DNA of 64,000 bases from Epithemia pelagica. Its lineage: Eukaryota > Protista > Bacillariophyta. How positions within the stretch are numbered: position 1 is the stretch's first letter; the number at the start of each line of letters is the position of its first letter. The notes under the pieces are model-generated. The model had not been told where the DNA came from and made no database searches. It worked only from the letters and a program-made list of their open reading frames with translations. Shown in pieces: positions 55,576 through 64,000 of this stretch. Position numbers and translations under genes: made by a program. The stretch lies in the NCBI GenBank assembly GCA_946965045.2, contig OX337238.1:3286001-3350000 (forward strand), read 5' to 3'.

Positions 55576-56671
55576 CTCAGAAGTGTACCTACAATCTTTT
55601 GGATAGTCAAAAGGGTATTCGAACCGCTAGAAATGTTTCGTTGCGATGGAGGACGATGTGGAATGTGGACGGCCACATCAAGTTCCAACCCACCATCATC
55701 ATCACAACTTTACAGCAATCGTACCGCTGCATCATGGATGCCAGATGACTTTGGATGCTTGTCCGTCTCAACCTGCAATGATCAACCTGCAATGATCAAC
55801 CGTGGAACAAGCGCACTGTCCACTGTGCTTCTCGTCGACTCGTTATGCGTACGGAACCAACAACCAGACAGACTGGAGCCTTCATTGCATGGTTGTATAT
55901 TCCAACAACAACAAATAACATCACCTTCGTCACTGTTACGGGCATTCTCCGTTCACGCTTCAAGGCATGCAGCAACTGGATTGTCCATTTTTGTCATCCT
56001 TCTTCTTGTTCGGTGCTAATAGAAGGACTCTTCTAGTCTCCCACTTTTGGTCCGCAAAGCCACATGGTGGCCAACTCTTCTTGATGGCACCCAGCAACAA
56101 ATTGCAGTTCTATTACTAGAGGGATCGGAAACAAGCCTTGGTTGCAGGCACTGCCCAGCCAGCCATTGGTGTTCTGCAAATCGAGAGGATGACGGAGGAG
56201 CACATGCCCTATTGTGTGATATGCTAGTTCCCAAGGGCGTTTGGCAGGGCTCGGACAATGGCGGAAAAGAGAGACGTATTGCTTGGGTTCTTTGCGAGAG
56301 GCACTAAGAAACACTGTGTACTACTAGGACGACGCTTCCCGAAAATTACAGGGCGACGAAACTGACCTTTGCCAGTACCACGACAACGACAGGGCACCCG
56401 CCATGCTGGCCTCTGACCATTGACTAGCAGTACTAGCAGGATGGAACAACACGAGCAGTGTCAACAACAACCGGTCGAAGCAACTGTCACAATTTGTCTC
56501 GTGACGAAAACTCCTACCCCACTCTTTGGTCCATCGATTTCATGCAGTCAGTCGTGCTTCCAGTCCGCACCCATCAGCATCGGCATCACAACAACAGAGC
56601 AAACCTACACGTGCCTCTTACAAGACAGTGTCTCGATCCTCATAAGTTCTGCAGTTGAAACCTTTGCAACC

Positions 56672-58135
56672 ATGACCACAACAACACTGAAAGAACAAGC
56701 ATGGCAGTCGGAACTTGTCCTGTTAGACGAGACACCTGAATGGAATTTCGAGGACTGGCCTCCTCTTGAGGGTGGATGGCGTTATCGTCATGCTACGGTT
56801 GTACTTGATCATCCCGATACGGACAGCAACGACAACAACCCGAAGAGACAAACCGTCGTCGTGATTGGAGGACGTCAACAAGGCCTAGGTACCACCACTT
56901 CCGTTCTTGAATTGAATTTATCAGAATCAAACAAGCAGTGGCGAGAAGGGCCACCCATGAACAAGATTCGTGAAGGACATGCCAGTGTTGTGTGCAATGG
57001 AGGTGTCTACGTGATGGGAGGATACACTAGATATTCAAGTTTGGATTGTATCGAACAAATTAATGTAACCGATTTGCTCCAACCATCTTCGACATCAAGC
57101 AGTTCGAAGAAGAGCAATTGGACGACATTGACATGTCGATTATCAACGGGACGATCAGGATGTTCTGCTGTTGCGGTTCAAAATCGATACATCGTTGTAA
57201 TGGGTGGCTATTACAACCATCGCTATTTCTCGTCAGTGGAAATTATTGATACCAACAATCACATTGTCACTGCTGGACCATCCATGAATGTTTCTCGACA
57301 ATTATGTGCCAGTGCGGTTATTGATCACCGCATCTTTGTCGTTGGAGGCTGTAATGATCATGGTAATCTTTACTCGGTGGAGTATTTGGACGACGCAACA
57401 CCCTGTTACAGTGATGAGACAAAAAAGGAAACTGGCTCGATGTTTATTTCTTTCTCACCCACCTGGACCACTCATTCGGAGTTGCGGCTTTCCAATGCAC
57501 GAAGTCCTTGCGCAATGGTTGCCGTGGGATCTTGTCTGGTGGTGGCGGGAGGATGGACCAATTCAACCATGGAAGTGTTGGATACGCACCGCAACCGCTT
57601 GTGGAATCTCCCACCATTCACTCATAACCGCCATGGCTGCACTATGGTGACTGTTGCCAATCAAGTTGCCGTGATTGGTGGATGGGAGAATCCTTCCTGT
57701 GCAACATTACCACTACCGGATAGGAATTCGTGGTGTTTTCGCCGTCTCTGTACGCAGCCATCGAACGGATGGCATCATTCTCTTGTAGGTATGGGTATCC
57801 AAGATGCTGGGATCTCACCCTTATCCACATTGACATTAGCTTGTAAACGAGCAAGGACCAATTCATGCCAAAATATAGAGGGAATGATGAAACCTAGCCG
57901 TTTATTTCTCGATTGGTTGACTTGTTTTCTACATTCGATTGCAATCCCAGAACCTAGTATTAAGTGTTTACTCAAAAGTAGAAACAAGATAGTGCAAGAA
58001 AGAAGGTACTTGTATATTGTTAAAGGCGGGGAAGGAACGACCCGATTTGTGTCGTTCTACAAATGGTACTGCGCTTCGACCATTACCTGTTACCTGTCAG
58101 TTGTGGGACAGTGCCACCACCGTGGCTGTGTATAG
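56672..58135 (+). CDS. Kelch-repeat protein (second subfamily)
   Basis: Five to six Kelch repeats (VVIGG, VYVMGG, IVVMGG, IFVVGG, LVVAGG, VAVIGG). ATG 56672 in AACCATG context is preferred; the true C-terminus beyond ~57760 is uncertain. Confidence 0.85.
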   Translation: MTTTTLKEQAWQSELVLLDETPEWNFEDWPPLEGGWRYRHATVVLDHPDTDSNDNNPKRQTVVVIGGRQQGLGTTTSVLELNLSESNKQWREGPPMNKIREGHASVVCNGGVYVMGGYTRYSSLDCIEQINVTDLLQPSSTSSSSKKSNWTTLTCRLSTGRSGCSAVAVQNRYIVVMGGYYNHRYFSSVEIIDTNNHIVTAGPSMNVSRQLCASAVIDHRIFVVGGCNDHGNLYSVEYLDDATPCYSDETKKETGSMFISFSPTWTTHSELRLSNARSPCAMVAVGSCLVVAGGWTNSTMEVLDTHRNRLWNLPPFTHNRHGCTMVTVANQVAVIGGWENPSCATLPLPDRNSWCFRRLCTQPSNGWHHSLVGMGIQDAGISPLSTLTLACKRARTNSCQNIEGMMKPSRLFLDWLTCFLHSIAIPEPSIKCLLKSRNKIVQERRYLYIVKGGEGTTRFVSFYKWYCASTITCYLSVVGQCHHRGCV

Positions 58136-58334
58136 TCGTGAGACCAGAATCGGGTACTTCTTGGTGGCATCATGGCTCTCTACATAGCACAGAGTCGTTC
58201 TCCATGGATTGGTAGCTGTGGCAGGGAGGCCACCAACCGATGAGGGGAGCAGGAACAGAAGCACACCAAGGCGAAACCTTGTTGGACCTGATGTTGTGCG
58301 CTTCGAATGGTTCTTCCTCGAAAGATGACAGGCA

Positions 58335-59234
58335 ATGGGTCGAGTTTGGATGGAAGTAAGTAGGGTGGACCGTGTCATATCCAATTCCGACATGATGTCC
58401 AAGAACAGGATGTCCCATTCGGAGGAGTCTCCGCGCTCCAATCGCAATGCCTTCTTCCACCTGCTGTTGCATGTGAATCGCAATACGTTGCTGCACTTGT
58501 CATGTGATGTCAAGCCGGAATGGCCCAACGAAGATGACGAGTCCAAGAGGAACCCACCAAATCGGATCGAGGGTCGTGCCAATTGTCGCAATGGACCAGA
58601 ACGAAAACAAGGAATCGAGTCTCGACGTTGCGACGAGACAGACAGGACACCTCCCCCCACCACTACTTTCTGTCGCAGCATTGCTCGTTCAATTGCTCAT
58701 GCCTGGAAACAAGCCGCTCACCATCGCGATGTCTTGCCCCTCAATGCCAGTTCCCCGGAAACCTTGTTGCACGACAACAACACTGTCGAACAGCAGTGTT
58801 GGACCTTGACCACTACATCCTTTGTGCCTCGTACCGAACTCAGCAGCACCAACGACACAACCACGACAACGAACGCCGCCGGTCATGTCTTGGCCATTAT
58901 GGAAGCCTTGTCACCCACACCGTATAAATGGATGGTCGTGTTGGAACACGAGTCGCCCGAGGCGGTTGTGGGGGCGAATGGTTGTGCTCGTCGCAGTCGG
59001 AATGCCGAAATTCGTGTATCTGTTTCTTGTTTGTCGTGGAATCGCCCGACCGTCTGGCTCGCGTATCACACTGATTGGGTGGAGTGTGGGTCGCTTCGAC
59101 CGACCTTTGGTGCAATCACCACAACGCTGTCCCTGGTGTGCACCAGACACCAACACGCTATGTATCAACCATTCATGTGTGGTGGCTTTTCTGTGGTCGT
59201 CCCAGCCAATCAAATATACCTGGACAGGAACTGA
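58335..59234 (+). CDS. Hypothetical protein
   Basis: 299-codon ORF only; no recognisable motif. Confidence 0.3.
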   Translation: MGRVWMEVSRVDRVISNSDMMSKNRMSHSEESPRSNRNAFFHLLLHVNRNTLLHLSCDVKPEWPNEDDESKRNPPNRIEGRANCRNGPERKQGIESRRCDETDRTPPPTTTFCRSIARSIAHAWKQAAHHRDVLPLNASSPETLLHDNNTVEQQCWTLTTTSFVPRTELSSTNDTTTTTNAAGHVLAIMEALSPTPYKWMVVLEHESPEAVVGANGCARRSRNAEIRVSVSCLSWNRPTVWLAYHTDWVECGSLRPTFGAITTTLSLVCTRHQHAMYQPFMCGGFSVVVPANQIYLDRN

Positions 59235-60101
59235 AGGAAACTCTCATGCCGTGTACAACCAGCATGTGTCCGCACAGGAAGGGGGCGTCGGGATTTGCAG
59301 TGGATCCGACCAAGTCAACCGCAATTATTTTTTCGTCCTTTTCTTGATTTTACGTCCCCATCCACTCGCACTGGAATGGTTGCCTGCCAAGCAAGCAAGC
59401 AGGGAAACAGATGGATCCAAGCGACGACTTATCCGGTCCACTTTTCCTGTTAATGGAAATCTTGTTGTCGCCAATCGAGACGACAGCAACACCGATTGGC
59501 AAACGTAGCACCCGTATAAGGGAGAAGTCACCAGTACCTAACCTGTTGTTCTTGTGGTCATTATTGGTTCCTCCTTCTGGTTGTCTCGAAAAGGTCCACT
59601 TGGCGGTGGAGGAGGATTTTGCTTTCCGACATGTGTCACTACAAGGACACAATCACAAGCACACCAGAGTGTTGATGCTGTTCCACTTTCCTCATCCTTC
59701 TCCTCGTGAGAGGAACGGGTCATCGTTTCCGTTTTAAATTGTACTGGGTCGCTAGATTCTCATCCATTGTATTAGTCTCCAGGAAGCGACGGCTCCAGAC
59801 AGTGGCCACCTCCATGGCCATTTTTGTGCGTTTGTGGTGTCATTGCGAACGACTCCCCAGCGAGCGCTATCGTATCTTTGATGATCTCTGCCTTCTGTTT
59901 TCATTAAGAGATTCGAACGTGCGGGTCCCGGATGGCGCGGGATTTCCCACAATGTGCTCCTTTGTGGGCCCGTGCTACCTTTTGGCTATGTGGCCTGAGT
60001 TTCCTAGGAGTACCTACTCCTAGGAGTAGACGCTAATATATAATATAAAGTATGACAAATGACAAAGCCTTGGTTACTGTTATTGCATGAATACCAAATG
60101 G

Positions 60102-63086
60102 TCAGTCATTATTGGAAGGTTTGCGTCGTTTCCTCTCCCTAGGCGAAGGATCTTGGTGCGAGGTAATATCATCTTCGTTGCACCGGCGCTCTCGTCTATT
60201 TGACAGGGCGAGGGCGCGTTCCTGATGGATTTTTAAACAAGAGATCACCTCTTTTGCGACCTCTTCCATGTGACCAACCAACTGTTTGTATCTGGAATCT
60301 GTTCCGTTCAAGTCCACATAGCAACAACAACCAGGCAACCGCTTAGGTCCAGTTCAAAAAGTCAAACATGAATTTTTCCTACCGGTACTTGTCCTGGAAC
60401 ACTTACCATAGAGGTTTTCGCCACCAATGGTACACCTATGCATGGATGGTAGTTTGGTTGGAAACAAACCAATGAAATCATTGATCCATTCACTCGCATC
60501 CCGAGTACAAATTGCCGGTGTTGACGCACTCGCTGTTGCGCGACAAGGTGGAAGAACCCATTGGCATCCTGGGAAGGCGTCCACTACCACTGGACTGAGA
60601 ATCGAATGTGGGCAAGCCATTTCATTCCGAGCTAATGCACAGAGAAGTTCAGCAATCGGCCATTTCTTTTGGACATAATGTGTAGTCGTCACACACACAC
60701 CACTCGTGCTGTTAGTACATGCGTCAACGTGGTCACTTCCGGATCTGGCTGTTGTCCGGGCTTCATGGTCTTCTCTGCCACAAAAATATTGAGTGCGTTG
60801 CCGCCACCAGCCGCGTTTTGCAACTCACGCTCCAACCTGGTTACATAGTCAAACTCACGTTCTTTCCGAACTTCCCCAGCAAAAGAAATGAAAATGTCGT
60901 GTTCCGGTTTCTGGTTTTCAGAAGGAAGCTTGCCAAGCATCATCTTTGCCATCTCGATTCCAAGTCTCAAAATTTCTTGAAGTTTCTCTTTGTGATGTTC
61001 AGACAACTGTTTCAGTGCCTCTGTTCCTGCCATCTTAAGTCGTATCTTATTGATTTTTGCAAGTACCGCCGATACTTCCAAAAGTCGTTCGCCGAGTTCG
61101 ACAAAGCTCCATGACTGCATCGAATCTAACTTGGAAATCAGAGTATGCCCAATGAGAAAGGTAAGATCAAGAGATGTATCCAAACATTCCACGTCTTCAC
61201 TTATTCGCGCAATAATCAGCCCAAGTAAATTGAAATTTTCTCCCAACAGCGAATCACTATTGGACTTTGAAATGAGACTGCATTCTTGAGTTATTTCGTT
61301 GCTCGTGGCCTGATAACGACCGGCTGTTAACAACGGAACGTTGGGTCGATGAATAGAGGAAGAAAGAGCATTTGCTTGATTTGTTCCGACATGAATGGTG
61401 TGCCATGGACGACCATCAATGGAAAGAAACAACCTCCGAAATGCTTCATCAGATAAGGGCATGTGGGAGATAGAGAACCAAGACCATGTGGTGTTTCCTT
61501 CCAAAAAGTTACGCAGTAACGGTGCTCCCAGCTGGCCAATCTCGGTATGGGATAAATTCATACATCGCCAATCACGATTGCTATTCATACCTTCAACCAG
61601 CGCCTTGAATCCAGTGTCATTTAGATGTGTGTGCGCTAGATCAAAGATTTGCCATTGAGGACTGTTTTGTAACAGGTCCGCAACGGCATTGGCTCCCTCC
61701 TCCCCAATGTCCAGATGACTCAACGACAAACGAACCCAATCGACATGGCCTTGTCGTCTAGATGCAAGAACGGCTGATGGCATGGAAGCACTGGTGCTGT
61801 TAATGTTCTTAGCTGATGCACCGTCACCTTGGATTGACTGGATCATTCGAAGGGCTGCGGGAAAGGTCAACCGTGGCGTGTGGTGCAGTGAAATGGTCCG
61901 AGGAATGGTAAACGGTCGACCGACACGCAGAGCCTGATTTGAAGGTAGCATGCGTAAATCCATGGATTTCCAGCAGTGTCCCAAATACTCTGCCACTTCC
62001 AGGGCATCGGTTGCTTTGTCATGACGGGTCAGGAATACATTGGAAATGGTATCTGCCGTCACTCCAATGTCGTCTGGATGGTTCTCTAGCAGAAAGGGCA
62101 GGTGCTGAATTGGATTCGTGCCACGCTTGTACGGAAACCACAGCACCAGCGAGTTCCAATTCTTCACCAACCGTTGGAGGATGGCTGGACCAAACTTGAG
62201 CCACGACCCAATTTCGTACAATCCTACATCTAATACAAACCGTTCCCAGCTTGGTGACGTTTTTAGTAGATTGGCCAACATTTCCACACCTTGGTCTGGA
62301 GTGCCATAAGGGAGACTCAAAATAAAATATTTCCAAGACGTCTGCCCACGGAGACCCTTGGCCACTATGTCGACATGTTTTGTCTTGTCCAAATCCAGAT
62401 CAAACACTCGCCAGACTGTATTGCCATGCAGTGAGTGGGCAACGGATCCCAGTCCTCCATCAAAATCAAAATGAGATGGGCATTTATAGCGACATGTTTC
62501 AGCATTGATTGCAACGCAAGGCATATGACAATGCTTCCAATTCACAGTCGTCGATCAGAGCTGGCTTATCAAGTAGTGAGCCCTCAAGCTGAAATGATTT
62601 CCATGTCTTATTTTCACTCAAGGCTCCGCACAAGGCTTTGACTCCATTCATAGAGGAAACCAGTACGCACCAGAAGCTGAATATCTTCCAGTGGGAGTTT
62701 TGCTGGAGTGCTTCTGCCAGAGTTCTTATTGCTTCATCTTGAAGATTTGTACCAAGCACCAGCGACTGCCAAACATGATTATGGCTCAAAGCGCCAGCCA
62801 GTGCTTTCAATTCACTCGATCCCCAATCGCATATCCTCAACTCTACCCAGGACGGATTTGCATTGAGGGCACTCGCCAACCGAACCGCCGTTTTGTCGTC
62901 CAGGGCTTTTACTTCACCCAATGCTATCTCGGGATTTGGTGTGGTCGTTTGGACGAATGCCCGGACGAGCGCTTCAATACCCACGTCACCAATATTCGTA
63001 TCGGTGAGATCCAGATAGAACCAATCCACATCAGCACGTCCTCTGCCCCTGACGTTTTTATTCAAATCGAGAATGGCGGATTGCAT
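60102..63086 (-). pseudogene. Disrupted RNI-like LRR + helical + TIR-domain gene
   Basis: LRRs (LDLTDTNIGDVG, LSLSHLDIGEEG, FDLAHTHLNDTG, MNLSHTEIGQLG) followed by TIR elements HDIFISFAG, NIFVAE, VVCVTTTHYVQKKWPIAEL. Lesions near 62500, 60690 and 60354. Confidence 0.8.
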
Positions 63087-63612
63087 TCGTTCATTTCATG
63101 GTTGTTTCCCTCCATTGTCGTTTCTGGAAGAGACATGGTGCGGTCCATTGACTTGTAGAGGCCGAAAGTCGTTGTCGTCGTCGTTTTAATGAGAGAGTAT
63201 TATGCGAAAAAAAGATCTTGTGTTGGTACCGCCGTTCCAACTCAGCGGGGAACATGTGTGTGAGTACAGTCCTCTCTATTCTGATGAGTATGCGAAGCGC
63301 GAGGAATCCTTGATGGGTCGCAACCTGCAACCTCCTGTAAGGGGGTTCGGATTCTCAGACAGACAGTGTCAGTTCTGTGTCGTCATCTACAGCATCGGAT
63401 ACAGTGATGCTTACATGTGACACAAAACGCGACGCAGAAAAGAAGAGTAAAGAGACGAGAAAAATCTGGGGTGATTGTTCGACGGCCAACAGGAGACGAT
63501 GTCCGTCTTTGCCATGGTCGACGAGACAATACAACAACACGATACACGATGGACGTTCTCATATCTCTCAAGTTCCAAGTTCCAAACCACCAGCAAATGG
63601 CCTTGATCGTTT

Positions 63613-64000
63613 GTATTGCTGGAGTTCTTCGGGAGAGGCACCACGAAACACTGTGTACTACTAGGACGACGCATCCCGAACATTATACATGGCGACAAAA
63701 GTGACCGACAAGGACAGGCAACCGTGTCATGCTGATGGACTCCAACGATTGACCAGCAGTATACTAGCAGGATGGAACAACAAGAGCAGTGCCAACAACA
63801 ACAACTTGATCGAAGCAACTGTCACGATTGTCTCGTGACAAAAGCTCCTACACCTCTTTGGTCCATCCATTTCGTCAAGTCAGTCGTGCTTCCAGTCCGC
63901 AAACATCAGAATTACAACAGCAGAGCAAACCTACGTGCCTCTTACAAGACAGTGTCTCGATCCCCATAAATTCGCTGCAGTCATTGTGTGGAACCATGAG
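63613..64000 (+). repeat. Paralogue of 56276-56674 (upstream region of the second-subfamily Kelch gene), ending in a probable ATG at 63996
   Basis: Collinear identity, e.g. gaaacactgtgtactactaggacgacgc, actagcaggatggaacaaca.gagcagtg, cagagcaaacctac.cgtgcctcttacaagacagtgtctcgatcc, aaccatga. Confidence 0.85.

Noticed and set aside
55773-55801. 14-bp tandem duplication CTGCAATGATCAAC, and the CTCCTAGGAG palindromes near 60001-60028
   Set aside because: Too short and isolated to support a functional or mobile-element call.
1-64000. rRNA, tRNA and prokaryotic features (operons, terminators, defence islands)
   Set aside because: No recognisable rRNA or tRNA sequence; spliceosomal introns and LTR/hAT elements show the DNA is eukaryotic.

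Overview
Eukaryotic genomic DNA, most likely from a diatom (inferred from CoDi-like Copia elements and short GT-AG introns with GTACGT donors). About 43% of the window is four transposons whose ends I could define by target-site duplications (TSDs). (1) Ty1/copia element 2866-10217 (+): identical 266-bp LTRs, TSD GCACG, frameshift in RNase H. (2) Apparently intact hAT 10348-13386 (TSD CCTTCATC). (3) Ty1/copia element 16681-27171 (-): 768-bp LTRs with non-canonical AG...GT termini, TSD ATGGG. (4) A 6.9-kb hAT, 46126-53030 (perfect 14-bp TIRs, TSD TTCGGGGG), carrying a convergent endonuclease III/NTH1-like HhH-GPD DNA glycosylase gene besides its transposase. This cargo is the most striking observation. 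Host genes include an expanding and decaying Kelch-repeat family (4 apparently intact, 2 pseudogenes, 1 remnant, and probably one more starting at the window edge), an SPFH/prohibitin-like gene, and three paralogues sharing a small unnamed helical domain followed by low-complexity regions. There is also a disrupted LRR-helical-TIR gene, an inverted segmental duplication, and a 120-nt segmented hairpin inserted in a Kelch pseudogene. No rRNA, tRNA or CRISPR features were seen. All comparisons were done by eye and no database searches were run.
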